Assembly (NCBI GenBank): GCA_973895155.1
Contig: OZ316895.1
Coordinates: 8,978,184 to 9,042,183 of the forward strand
Length of the DNA stretch: 64,000 bases
Source of the DNA: Marsupella aquatica
Lineage: Eukaryota > Plantae > Marchantiophyta
Reading direction: 5' to 3'
Shown: positions 10,937-23,202 of the stretch, one piece after another
Layout: every line of letters begins with the position of its first letter
How positions within the stretch are numbered: the stretch's first letter is position 1
Program-made: the position numbers and the translations under genes
The notes under the pieces: model-generated
Told to the model about the DNA's origin: nothing
Databases searched by the model: none
What the model saw: only the letters and a program-made list of their open reading frames with translations

Positions 10937-12013
10937 TTCGTTGCTCTCCGAGTTAGGATGCTGAGCACGGGGAAAAGGGGATGAAATGATCGCTAGCACG
11001 CACTTTGCTAAGCTGCAGGCTAAATCTTCTTCGTCCCCATGCCTTCTGAATCGGTTCAAAAGGAAGAATCATCCGGGTCATAAGTTTCTCGCACTCGTCA
11101 CAGCTCACCCGTAAATTGAGTGGATTCTTTAGCGACTGCGTCAGGGACTTAATTGTTCCGGAGTAATTGAGAGTGAGGACTGTGCTCAATTGTTACAGCC
11201 TGATCGACGAATCTACGAATTCGCCAATGGAATTTTGAAGTGAGTGAGGGCGTTCTCCTTTGACTCAACTTCAGGAGTGGTATGCAGTGCAATTACTGTC
11301 AATTTGGAGAGCAGAATAAGTTTTCCATCTCCGTTTGCTCTCGGCCCTCTTCTATGGACTTGTTTGCATTTCTTGATGAATCTCTTGTTCTGGGACTGAG
11401 CAGTCGTTTGTCTCCCGGTCGATCTTCTTTGACTCAACTTCAGAAGTGGTATACAGTGCAATGTACTGTCAATTTGTCGGTGCTTTGCTCCTTGTGAAGG
11501 GATGAATGAAGGCTTCGTCTTTTCACACAAGCTGGTCCAATGTGGATGGATGTGAATAGGAGAATGTATTTCCTTCGCTGACGTTTTGCCTGTGTATCAA
11601 TTTCAGAGTTTCATGCACAACAAAATGGAGAGAATGTTGTCACAATTTCAAATTTTCAGGCACATAATGTTTACAGAACATTATCATTGTTGTTTATGCC
11701 CCCCTTTATTGGGTCTCCTGCATTTGGGATGGAGTGTCTCTCCCTATTATTGGGTCTCTTGTTGTTATTTGGCAGTTTGATACCCCAGCCTAAATCCAAC
11801 TAGCTAGGAAATACATGGTGAGGTCTATCATGCCCCTTCCAGTTCCACCCCTCAGCAGTAGTTGTGCCTTAGAGTCATGATGGTCTAGGGTCTTCACTCT
11901 AGACCAAAGGCTTTTAACTTAGCTTTTGATTTGCTTTATTAGCTAGATACTATAGTAGCTCAATACCTATGGGTTGCATAGAAGATATGGTGGCATAAAA
12001 GATGTCCTTGAGT

Positions 12014-12650
12014 AAACTTGTTGGGTAAAAGATGTAATTAAGTAAAATAGGTTGTTGCATAAAATGATGTCATTGTGCAAATGATATTATTGTGACTTAA
12101 ATATGGTTTAGACCAAAACCCCGACCAAAACATGAGCCATAATGTTGCGGCAACATTTCACACCCATCGAGATGTTGAGCATAGATGACAATCACAATGG
12201 TAAACATATGACACTCCAACATGCAAATAATCGACACAATAGATACATGATTCACCTCCCCAAGGCTACGTCCATGGGAATACATAAAAGAGCTTTATTG
12301 AACTCTAAGTTAATCAGTCATACCAAGTCTACAGAGTGTAAGCTCTCCTCATCTTTCAAATGACTCCATAACAATGAACCTTAGTTCCATTTATTCTAGC
12401 AAGCACCGCTTAGTATATAGTGTGCAACTCAGTTAGCCTAACTGTGGTTACATTCATAACCCTAGACATAAAAGTAAATACCTAACACGAGAAACTAAAG
12501 CTTGTTGGGTAAATGGTGTGATTAAGTAAAATATGTTGTTTTGTAAAATGATATCATTGCGCAAATGATATTGTTGTGCAAAAGTAAATGATTTATACCA
12601 AACATGAGTCATTATGTCGCATTAACACACCGCACCCATTGAGAAACTAT
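12014..12650. repeat. ~160-bp degenerate tandem duplication interrupted by the solo LTR
   Basis: cttgttgggtaaa..attaagtaaaata..aaatgatatt..caaacatgag..cacccat(c/t)gaga appears at 12017-12172 and 12501-12645. Confidence 0.75.
12173..12487. mobile_element. Solo LTR (315 bp), TSD CGAGA
   Basis: Ends TGTTGAGC...CCTAACA; CGAGA at 12168-12172 and 12488-12492; homologous to the reverse complement of 20157-20500. Confidence 0.9.
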
Positions 12651-13099
12651 ACCAATGGTGATAATCTCTTGATAATCAAACAATGTAGAGGAGTCTGTGG
12701 ATTCATTTGTGGCAAGGTTCAATAGCCCTCTGCTAGACTTAAACTCTCAAATTCTTGGAAGATGATTGGTGCAAGATATTTTTCCATTTCACCTGCTCTT
12801 AAAACACAGGTGCCCATATAAAAGGCCCCCTTGCCCAGGCCAGGCACTGTTCATTCCTACCCACAGAGAACAGTGCAAGCACTCCTTGATCGACCAGGCA
12901 CTATGCCCATCACCACACCCTCTGTGCTGCCCATCCAGCCATTTGTTCTCACAAGTGTCTTGCCCATCCCCCTTCTTTGCTATTTTGCAAGCTCAATCCC
13001 TCGGTTGGCCTGCCCCCAAGTGGTGTCAAACCAACACCTATGGATTGGCAACCATGATTAAAAAAAGCATTTAAGGGTAATGGATTGGCAACCATTACC

Positions 13100-14677
13100 C
13101 TGACCAATAAGCCACCTCAAGATTTTGGTAAGTGAGTAAGTGGGTGAGTAAGAACTGCTGATGTTTTGGCAGAAGTCTGCACACCCACACCCTGTGTAAG
13201 TAGTGAGTAATTCCAAAAGCATGAAGAAACTGAAAATTTCTAAACTTTTTACGGTGTTTAGACTGCAATTGTTGCTAATTGTAACTGTAAACAACATTCG
13301 AAGTTAAGAGTTCCTAAGTTACGAGTTTACGAGTTTACTAGTTCACTGGTTTACAGGTTTACGAGTTAGGACTTAAGAGTTTACGAGTTATGCCTTACGA
13401 TTTGGCGACCTTGTGATCGTGACATCTTACGGCTAGTTCAACGGGACTCCAAAACGGAAGAAGAGCGCGCCTTGAAAGGGAAGGAATGCAGGATATAGGC
13501 GCTCATTAGTGACTTCTCTTCCACCTTACCTCTCAGACTCTTGCTGAATTCAACCGATACTTCAAGGATGTTACTTGGAGACTTCGTCCATTCTATTCTA
13601 GGATATGGGAACTGAAGATTTCCTATTCCATTACCCTCAGGTTTATGCTGCTACCTGCAATCACTATGATGTGATTGGCATTTACCGAGAGGCACTTCGT
13701 ATAGATTCATGTTACTTAATTAAGAGAATGCCTCTGATGTATCCTGAGAGACAACTGAGATGCCTACCCTATTCTCGAGGATCACCATGTTAAGCAGGAC
13801 TTATGGAAGTCACTCAAGCTCGGACTGTCACCCTTGTGGAGCTTCTCGAACTAGATGATATCCGACAACAGACTTAAAGAAGAGTCCAAGTCCTTTCTAG
13901 TTAGTTGTTTTGAGAATAGTGTATCTTTTCCGATTTTTCTAAATATGTTATAAAGCTTTAGAAGCTATGAAACTTATCTAGTGCATAGTCTGTACCTAGG
14001 AGAACCCACTGGTTAAATTTCACAGCTTTCTGAGCTAGGAGTAGAAAGTTAAAAATAGTTGAATTTTGTAAGTCTTTAAGTCTATCGCATTTACCGGATT
14101 ATGGGTTACGCTTTATGGCTTTATGACTTTACGACTTTACGGTTTTACGGGTTAGAACTTTTTATGAGTTTACAGGTTCTTACTTAGCCATTTTCCGGCA
14201 CTTCACTTACTGAATTACTGTTTTGACTTTTTGAGGGGTATGAAGAGGCATGTCTCTTCGACCTTGTGACCTCTCACTTTGTAGATTTTCACTATAAGAC
14301 CCCTCCACCACTAGTGTAGTTGATGGTTAAGTTATGCATTTTTGTCTCTTCCTTGTGTTAAACCCATTGATCATGAATCTATGAGTTCAAGATCAGGTTT
14401 AACAACAGGAGAGTCTTACCTCCTTCTTGTGTTTCGACCTCTGTTTATAAACACACGAAGTAAAATCCACTTGTGCAAAATCTTTGGATGTTGTAATGAC
14501 AAATTCCTCTTTGGTGACTCATTGCAATTTCCTAAGTTCTTGAAGTTAACTCATTGAGTTTAAGTCTTATTGAAATTGATGGATTTTCTTTCATGTTGCT
14601 TAGTACCATCTAAATGTTGAAGTAGCTACCTTTTAGATCTTGTCTGAGTATCACTTAGAAAGAAAAGACAAGGCGTG
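13100..14677. mobile_element. Old degraded transposon sequence with 8-bp (GAGTTTAC)-type repeat tracts; host of the younger 14678-19214 insertion
   Basis: Repeat tracts at 13305-13400 and 14095-14180, stop-riddled coding-like sequence between them, and similar AT-rich decayed sequence resuming after 19219. Family not assignable. Confidence 0.4.
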
Positions 14678-17600
14678 TGTGACGGGGTCCCCGTCACTCA
14701 AAATCACGAATAATGATCGCGGAGTGTTGCGAGTGTAAATAACCATTGTAAATAAGCCGTTTTTTGGTTTTTTTTGTTACGACCGTCATTATCGGTTGCT
14801 ATGCCTCGGAGGTCTCGACATTCTTTGATATCCTAATAGTTTGGAGGCCTAAGGCTTCCCAGCAAGCCAGGATGTTGGGACTTTGAAACTAGGGTCGGTC
14901 TAAGTGGACACCCTGTTTCCCTTAGGTCCTGATTCCCTCTTTCTTTTGTTGAGACCCCAATAAGGTTTAGGAGGAGTGCTAACCTTTACTGAATATGGGA
15001 AAAGCGAGGCGCCACCGGGGGGAGCGTTAAGGTAAGGCTGTAGGGGGGAGGTAAACCCCCCCAAAAGGAGCTGCCGTAGCGAGGCGCGGAGCAGCCGGGG
15101 TGCGCTCGGGGATGGGGGGGAAATTAAAATTCCCCCTTAAGGGGCACCGCGAGTACTAAGTAAGGAGGCCGGGGTAGCGGGCCGGTGATCAGGAAGGTCG
15201 CGGAGGGGGGTTAAATGCCCCTTAAAATGGCCTGGCAGAGGGCGAGCACTGGGGGGCCCATAAGGGGCAGCCCTAGGGCCGCCACGTGGAATCCCCAGGC
15301 TGAGCAAGGGCGAGCCGGGGCAAGCCAAGGTAAGCCGGAGTTGGGCAGCCGGGGCGAGGGCAGCCGGGCCGCAGCCGAGGAGTAAGAGGAGTAAAGGAGG
15401 GGGGGTATTAAACCCTCCCGTGAGCCCGTGAGCGGGGGTGGCTGTGAGAGAGGCTGTCGGGGGAGAAAATTAAATCCCCAAAAAGGGGCGCAGCACTGTG
15501 GGATAGGAGAGGCACCCTGTACCCTCCCATGAGGGGGACTTAACGGCAGCCGGGAGGCACAGACGGGAGGCTGAGGCCGGGGGTAATGAGGCAGTGAACC
15601 CTGCATAGGGCCGCGTGCCGTGTAAAGAAGCGAGCCAGGGCAGGAAAGGGCTCCCACGAGCAGGAGGAGGGCGCGGAGGCCCAAGGCAGAGAGGTACGGG
15701 GGGGAGTAAATGCTCCCCGACTAGTGGGAGGCAGGTACTGGGCACGGCGGGCGAGAAGCGGGGAAGTGGCAGACGCGTGTTAGCCTGTGTGCGCCCTGCA
15801 TAGGGCCGCGAGCCGGGGCGTATGGCGTGAGGGGAGCCGGGACAAAGAATTTTTGGGAAGGGTGAAGAAAGGGGTTTTCTCCCCTTTTCTTTGTATTTCA
15901 TTTTTTTTCCCTCCCTTCTCTTTGCGTGACTTCTTGCTCTGCCGAAAGCTCTCTCCACATTTTGCAATTATTCTGGAAGCTCTTTCTCTTGGTCAATTGT
16001 TGGGGCTTGTTGGCATGATTCTTCCGGGCATTAGCGGCAGCAGCACGGAGTGGCTTCTGAGGAAATTGAGGAGGGTGATTGATTGATCGGGATACGGGGG
16101 CCGTTTCGGGCTAGGGAATTGACATTGCACCAGGTGACGGGATTTGGTGATTGAGGATTTGATTTCTGGAGGCATGGATGCTGGATCAACCGGAGTTTAG
16201 TGCGGCACGCATTCGGAGATACAAGGCTGCTTACCGTGACTACGTTGAGACATTGATTGCAAGAGAGAGAGAAGAGAGAGAAGCTACAATGAGCACTGGA
16301 CCCGCAACAAGTCCCGCATCTGTTATGAGGAAGGTTTTCCGTCGAATTTACCCCAAGACCTCTGCCAAGGTGATGGAAGATTGCAAAGCTATGTTCCAGG
16401 CCACCGGGCTCACCGACTTCATGAGAGTAGAGATTAGAATCCCTTCGGACAAGAGTTGGAACATTGAGGCCGAGATGGAGTTACGTACGTACGGAAGGAA
16501 TCTACTTTGAATGTCTCCAACGGGTAGTGCCCCATGTGGAGTTAGCTAAGCTTCTATTCCTGGAGAACCAGCAATTCTCATTCACACCTCGGAACATAAG
16601 GGGAGAGCTCACGTTGACAATGGTGGCCGGTTGGGTGATTAATCCCACCTCCACTACTTCCATTCCTCTTTCCGCTGTCAAGGATGCTGAGCACAAGGGA
16701 TTTCTGGCCAAGGTTCATCAACGGGTCCTTGGTAACGTGCAATCTGGGGTGGTGAATGGAGAGCATTTTGTAGTAGCTATGGACATCAAGAACTATCCAG
16801 CCCATGTGTACGGATGGTGGTACTACGGGTTGAAGAAGCTATTGGACGCTGATCCCGGGAGTGTGAAACCAGGTGGGGCTGTACATTTGATGGGGTCATT
16901 TTTGCTGGCCAGAGCAGAAGGGTGGATTGTTTCCCCGGGACAGGAAGACTCTGGATCATCCCTTACCACGGAAATCAGGAGTATTGCCACTACCATCTTG
17001 GGGAAACTAACGGAGGGATCATCATCGGCGGTTGGGGATGATAATAGAGAGGAAGAAAACCAGGATGAGGACTCCACATTGGAGTGGCTTGAATCACTTG
17101 TGGGAAATCCGGAGGAGCCCCTGGTCTACGACATTCCTGATGTCTACTTGGCGGAGTTACGTGATTTCCAGGAGGGAGTCCATGAGGGACTCAAACTAGT
17201 CCACGCATTGAGAGATTCTCTCAAGCAGGCCACCGCCAAAGTAGAGACTTTGGAGCAGAGTGCCCTGTCTATGAAGGAGGTGATCAAGGCCAAGGAGGAG
17301 GCCATTCATGAGAAGGTTAAGCTTCTCCAAGCAGCTCACGTAGAGATCTCCAACTTGAAGGGAGCCTTGTCCACCAAGGCCAAGGAAGCGGAAGAGGTTG
17401 GAGTATTGAAACAGACATTGGCCAGAGAGAAGCAGAATTCTGGAGAAGTGGTGAAGTTAAGAGCCCAGGTGGGAGCACTACGGAGTCAAATGGTGATCTT
17501 TGAGACAAGGGCTAAGAGGAGTGAGGCCTTGAGTCTGGGGAAACGGAAGAGCCCCTGCACATCTAGCTCCACACTTTCCCCGGATTTGATCTCCAAGGCC

Positions 17601-19214
17601 GTGGAGATGGTGGTGAAGGAAGTCAGTGGGAAGTATGGACCCCTGTTGGATGCAGCCAAGAAGAGTCAAGAGAAGAGCAAGAGCTTAGAGAAAAAGCTCA
17701 GGGAGGTACGCAAATCTTTACAAGAAGCTCAGGTCAACACGGGGACCCCGGGGATGCCACCCCGATCTGTCACCCCTGGGACTCCCATGGCCACCGGGCA
17801 GGTTTTACCGTTGGAGTTGCGGTCCGGTGAAGAGGCGGCCTTATGGAAGGACACCATTGGTGAGGGGTACATTAAGTCGTGGCAGGCCTTGGCCAATTTA
17901 AGAAAGCAGGGGAGCACTAGCACAAGGAGTACCCCGGTAAAGAAGAAGAGGAGTGAAGTGGCACTCACTCCAGTGGAGAGTGATGAGGAGGCCCACTCAC
18001 GGGGCTCAAGCCAGGGCACCGTGAGTGAAGAGGAGGAGGATTAGAGTGGTCGTACGGACGTGGTTGTACGGCCCCTGGACTTTCCAACCTTTTTGTGAGG
18101 GGTCACTCATGGGCTTGTTGGAAAGAGCTCGCGGAGCTGATTCCAACAAGGGGCGGTGCTCCTCAAACGGAGCCAAGATGAACAGGTTATGGCTCGGCGA
18201 AGTTATGGCTCGGCGACAATGTGTTGAATGGGATACTGAAACAACCATAACTTGGTCGTCCGATGTCCGTTTCAAGAGCGGTTGAGCGATTCGTGATCAG
18301 GAGCAGGAGAGCTATCCAGGGGTGAACTCAGAAGTGCAAGTGGAGGGGCGCCTAGTTTTGGCCATTGTGGGGTTCCTTGCAATTTCACGGTTCAAGGAGT
18401 AATGTTGGGGTGCCGTCAAAGGCACCGTCGGTCCCATAGTTAGTTTAGGGTTTTGGAAGCATGTGTGTGCCGCATGCTTTTAGTTTAGGGGTTTCTTAGT
18501 GAAGGGTTTAGCGGCGCCACTAGGGTAGCCGCCATCCTTGTGACCCCGTGAGGGGTGCTTTGGTGTGTTTTTTTTTCAATATTTAGGGGGAGAGCCCCGG
18601 AGTAGTGGGGGGGGAACTCAGCATAGTGCTTTGATGCTTTTGAGTAGCTTTTGTGAGTAGCGCACTGATTAGGTGAAGTTCAAGCCAGAGTAGTGAGGTG
18701 GAGAACGTAGCACTTGTCCCAGGGAGGCAGGAGTTGGGCAGACGGCAAGAGGCCGGGTTGTCCTTGCATGTGTTATGGGAAACACCAAGAGATATGGATT
18801 TGGCTTGAGGTTCCAATATTTTGTGTCACTTGTTGTTGCTTGTGTTGTTTGTTTTCCTCCCCTAGTGCATGTGGTCGGTTTCGTTGTGGAAACATTTGCC
18901 CTGGTCACTAGTGTTCAAACCTTATTGTAAACGTTTGTATGCTTGCCCACGAGAGGGGGGTGGTGACAGCACTCACCCGGTGGGCATGAGTTGTAGATGG
19001 TAGGACCAGTCCCTTGGACTTGATCAAAAACGGAGAGACCAATCGGTAGACTTGATCAAAAAGTACACTTCTGGGAGCGGAATCAAACATACTCATCCTT
19101 AGGTGTGAAAATCTTCCAAATAGCGTCCCTCCACGACCCCGTAATACGATACCAACGGTTTAAGCGAAGAAAAGTACGGTTTGCACGTATTAATCGTTGG
19201 ATAGGCAAGTGACA
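14678..19214. mobile_element. 4537-bp TG...CA element with 5-bp TSD GCGTG; giant solo-LTR-like, carries one long ORF
   Basis: Left gcgtg|TGTGACGGGG (TSD 14673-14677); right CAAGTGACA|gcgtg (TSD 19215-19219). GC content rises sharply relative to the flanks. No terminal direct repeats, gag, RT or integrase motifs are visible. Confidence 0.85.
16178..18044 (+). pseudogene. Element-borne ~620-aa ORF (globular N-domain, acidic linker, long coiled coil, basic/acidic tail) frameshifted by a 4-bp duplication
   Basis: ORFs 16178-16510 and 16464-18044 fuse (..EMELRT-EGIYFE..) if one TACG of (tacg)3 at 16482-16493 is removed; there are no other stops. Heptad-rich K/E/A region at ~17150-17730. The architecture resembles accessory ORFs of Athila/Tat-lineage Ty3 elements (inference). 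Confidence 0.75.
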
Positions 19215-20156
19215 GCGTGTTGACGATACTTTAAAAGAGTACTCTAGTAAGCACATTAGATCTGAAAAGTAATATGGATTTGAATCTTATAAGTCATTTC
19301 ATTGTGACTTATGTCTAAGGAGCAACCTTGGTCAATTCCAGACTCCCTTAGCATACTTTAAGATATTTTCCCTTGTGTTTTGTTAATCATTCCTTTGTCA
19401 TTAATTTATGGTTATATGATGCTGAGATATCATTGAAAACTTCTCACCGCTGTGGAGCAATCTTCAAAATACCTTAGTAAAGTAATCAAACTTGATTACT
19501 ATGTGTGGAAAACATCTTAAGTCTATTATTGTTGTTTAAATCTATCAAACCAACCCCATCTTGTTCTTTACGGGAACGAATACCGAGTTGGACTTCAGAC
19601 CTTTAAGTGTGTTTTTGGTTCTTCATAGCAAACTACACCCTGTAAGTCTCCCTTGCAGCTGCCTAGCATTCCAAGACGACTGCCCAGGGTGCACAAGACT
19701 CCTACCTGCATGCACTACTGCCCGCCTTGCTGTCCAAGTGCTCTGCCCATCTACCCCACCAATCAGATTATAGCAACTGCTTTGATCAACAAGTCAGAAC
19801 ATGTTGACTACTTTTAGTTTTCGTTTTTGCCAAGATCTATGTTTGAACTCTAGATGAACCCATATTATACACTGATGCAAGCACAGCGAGGGCAAGAAGT
19901 TCACATTATTCTTGCCTTTCATAGTGAAAATGAAAGTTTGCAATGTAGAATTTATATGTGCACTTGTGGTTTTATGTGGATGTGGGGTATTGCACGTGTT
20001 TTGGCTGCCAAAGGAACATTGAAACAACTTACTGAGTTTATACAATTGAACACATTCTCTATGCTTACCCAATGCTTAGATAACACGGGACTCAACTTGA
20101 ACACATTATACTGGGCACCAGTTTGAACAAGGTTGTCCGCTGATGATTGACACTAA

Positions 20157-20500
20157 TGTTAGGATTTACTCTTAGGTCTAGAGTTACGACTGTACCATAG
20201 TTCAGGCTAACCTTAGTTATAGACTTGGTTAGGTTAGTCATGCTGTGCACACTCTATAACCAAGCAGTGTTTGCTTGGAAAGTGGGAACTCAGGCTCATT
20301 GTTACGGTAGCTATTGAGAGATAGAGAGAGCTTGCGCTGTGGATGCTTGGTATGGCCGGTCGACCTAGAGTGCAGTAAAGCTCATGTGTGTTCCCGTGGA
20401 CGTAGCCTCATGGGAGGTGAACCACGTATCTCTCTGTGTCGACTCTTGTGCGTTGGATGGATGATGGACTTGTCGTTGCGATTGTCCTCTATGCTCAACA
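20157..20500. mobile_element. Solo LTR (344 bp), TSD ACTAA, opposite orientation to 12173-12487
   Basis: Ends TGTTAGG...GCTCAACA; ACTAA at 20152-20156 and 20501-20505. Confidence 0.92.
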
Positions 20501-22159
20501 ACTAATATACAAACACAGAAATGCAACCTTGGTTTTCTCCTCATTCACAAGATGCTTCTAAGCATCATGCACGAGAGACAACTATGTTTGTCATATCAAG
20601 CTAACACTACCCACGCTGCAACTCATTCTTTATGAGGCTGCTGTATATGTCCATGCTACTCTTCAGCATGGTAAAAGTGTGAAGGTGACAGCTAAATCGG
20701 ACTTCAATGAAATTACAGAGATGACTGATAGTGCCACAACAAGAAATGGCATCAACAATGGTAGCAATTATGATATTTGAATCTAGACCTGAACAATTTA
20801 GACACATAATCTTCATTGCATGGAATTGACAAGGTTATATATTGTGTTGTGGTGTTTGATTTAGGGCAGCATAGCAGGACCAAGGGCCATTGTACTAAAA
20901 GCTAGCAGGATTACTCATGGCATGATTAATATAGATTGACTAGCCCTAGAAGTCCCTAGATTTTGGAGTGGGTCTGGCTAGCCGGCTTGCTGCGCTTAGT
21001 GTTTGGTCTGTGTTTACTCCGGCTCTTTACTCTTACTCTTACTGGGTCTGTGTTCTGGCTAAGATTGGTGACTGGCTCTTTACTTAGCCACAACAGTCTT
21101 TGGAAAGCATTGGATTCATGTCACCTTTATCCTAAGAAAAACCATAACAAAGCTTTTGTATTGTTCTCCTTCCTCTATCATGCGAGAAAAAATTAGAGAT
21201 AATAACAATGATAGCTACAATAGGGTTGCTCCAACTTGAAACATCTCCCCAAATGATAATAAAAAGATTTCAGGACTATTCTATCTAGATAGATGAGAAA
21301 ACAAATATTCTTTATGGTAACGAAAAGTGTGAAGATTCCCCCAAAAAAGGTAAAATAATTTGTCTTGTAGTGTTTCCCGCACAAAACCGATTCCCATGCT
21401 GAGAGGAATAATTAATCATTCATCTTTAGAGTTTGGGTGTATTTTTAGTAACCCCTTTAAAGCAAGAATAAATTAGCTTTGGGTGACTTGGTACTTCTGC
21501 CTCAATGCTTTTTCCTTTACAAAGTGTCTTCTCTTGACTGCTCATTCCTTTACAAAGTGTTCGCCCCCACTTCTATCCCACATGCCATTTTTCTAGTAGA
21601 CAATTGTTTAGCTTCCAAACTATTTTTAATACCTTAAATGGTCGGCCTCTCCTGTTTTACACATAATGACTTAGGCTGGCGTAAGTTAAGTCACTCAAAA
21701 CAATAAACTTAGTAAACAGAACTTTGAGATATAGTTTTAAGAGGGGAGAGATGAAATTTTTGTTTCTCACAACTCCTGGATGCCATTATTCTCTTTAGAA
21801 TAGATAGCACAGGGTCTACATATCTATACTGTATAAAGAATAAATTTAATATAAATTTAATATAAAGATAAAATAACATACTCTTAAATCTTAGGATAGG
21901 CAAGATTGAAAAATAAATATAGACCTAAATGGGGGTCTCAAACAAGAAATTCAAAAAACAATACAAGGGGGGTAAAATAATTCCAAAGTCCAAAATTACA
22001 AAGGATATACTTTGTCTAAAATATATTGAAAGTAAAATACATGTCAAAGATGTCAAGAAGACAAAGAAACCTGAGTATGCCCTGGAACAAGGTGACTCCA
22101 ATAGATCACTTTAGAACTCAAGCTACCTCAAGGGGAACTTGTTAACCTTGACTACTGTT

Positions 22160-22700
22160 TAGTCAAATGTCCTAATGTACCTTCTTCAATACTCTCCCGA
22201 AAAGAGTGGCGTATCTGAATAAAAACCACTTTTCCCTAGAAGACCATTCTTGGGCCTTTGATTGGAAAGTGAACCAGTTTTCCGGTAGAAGACCATCCTG
22301 GGGCCTTTGATTCGAAAATGCAAATACTTTTCAGTTAAATGTCAGGATGTGCCTTTTTAAATACTCTCCTGAAAAGAGTGGTATTTGACTTAAAAACTAC
22401 TTTCCCCCCTAGAAAACCTTTATCGGGCCTTCCAATCATTGGAAAATGAAAACACTTTTTAGCCAAATCTCTGAATGTGCCTTCTTAAATACTCTCCCCA
22501 AAAGAGTGTTGTATCAGAATAAAAACCACTTTCCCCCAGAAGACCTTTATTGGGCCTTCTATTGGAAAATGAAAATACTTTTTAGCCAAATGTCTGGATG
22601 TGCCTTCTTAAATACTCTCCTCAAAAGAGTGTTGCATCACAATAAAAACCACTTCCCCCCTAGAAGACCATTATCTGGCCTTCAATTCTAAAATGGAAAA
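22160..22700. repeat. ~123-bp degenerate tandem array (4 copies, fifth copy near 23095)
   Basis: aatgtgccttcttaaatactctccc.aaaagagtg..ataaaaaccactt.ccc.tagaagacc..gggcctt recurs near 22162, 22334, 22461, 22584 and 23096. Confidence 0.85.
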
Positions 22701-23202
22701 CACTTGAATAAGATAATGTCCTGGTTAGAGGGCATTGTGGGATATAATGCCCTGAAAAATGAAGGAAGTAGCTTGAGTTTTGAGTACATTATTCTCATAA
22801 TGCCCGTAACTAGTACATTAATGTACGTAAAAATTTGAGTGACTTTTCGGTAACAAACAAGAAAAAATGAATCCCTGAAATAGAAAATTCAAATTAAAGG
22901 GTCATCCAAGAAGTGGTTGCTAAGGAATTGGCAAAAAAATAAGTTCTTTAGTTATATTAGATTTTATTCATAGATATTTTGTTAGTATCACCATATAAGA
23001 TTTGGTCATCATCTTGAGATCTTGAATAAAATTGCATTATGGAGAATTAATGCAATCAAAAATACAAAGAGAAAAGTCACTGAAATCTTTACGTTAGCCA
23101 AGTGTCCCAATGTGCCTTCTTTAAATCTCTCCCGAAAAGTGACTGTACCTTATCTGCATAGAAACCACCTCTTCTCCTGGATGAACATTCTTGGGCCTTT
23201 CG

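Larger units (their letters stand above)
9100..11520 (+). pseudogene. Decayed leucine-rich-repeat (NLR-like) gene
   Basis: LRR-like peptides in shifting frames: LEDLFVVSYHRLACLPPGLP (~10290), LRLESLSLRG (~10470), ATLRNLFGSGCSCFTNVDL (~10715-10765), VPE*LRVRTVLNCYSL (~11155), SLTQLQKWY (~11427). There are many stops and frameshifts and no NB-ARC motif was seen. The 9100-9580 part is weakest. Confidence 0.5.

Noticed and set aside
15137-16086. Pro/Gly-rich ORFs of 60-165 aa on both strands
   Set aside because: By-products of GC-rich repetitive sequence with no domain features.
18951-19214. PPT (gagagggggg) followed by a short 3' LTR
   Set aside because: The following sequence does not match the 14678 terminus, so no LTR pair is supported.
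12173-20500. One 8.3-kb element with long TIRs or paired LTRs
   Set aside because: The repeats are inverted and each has its own distinct 5-bp TSD, so they are independent solo LTRs.
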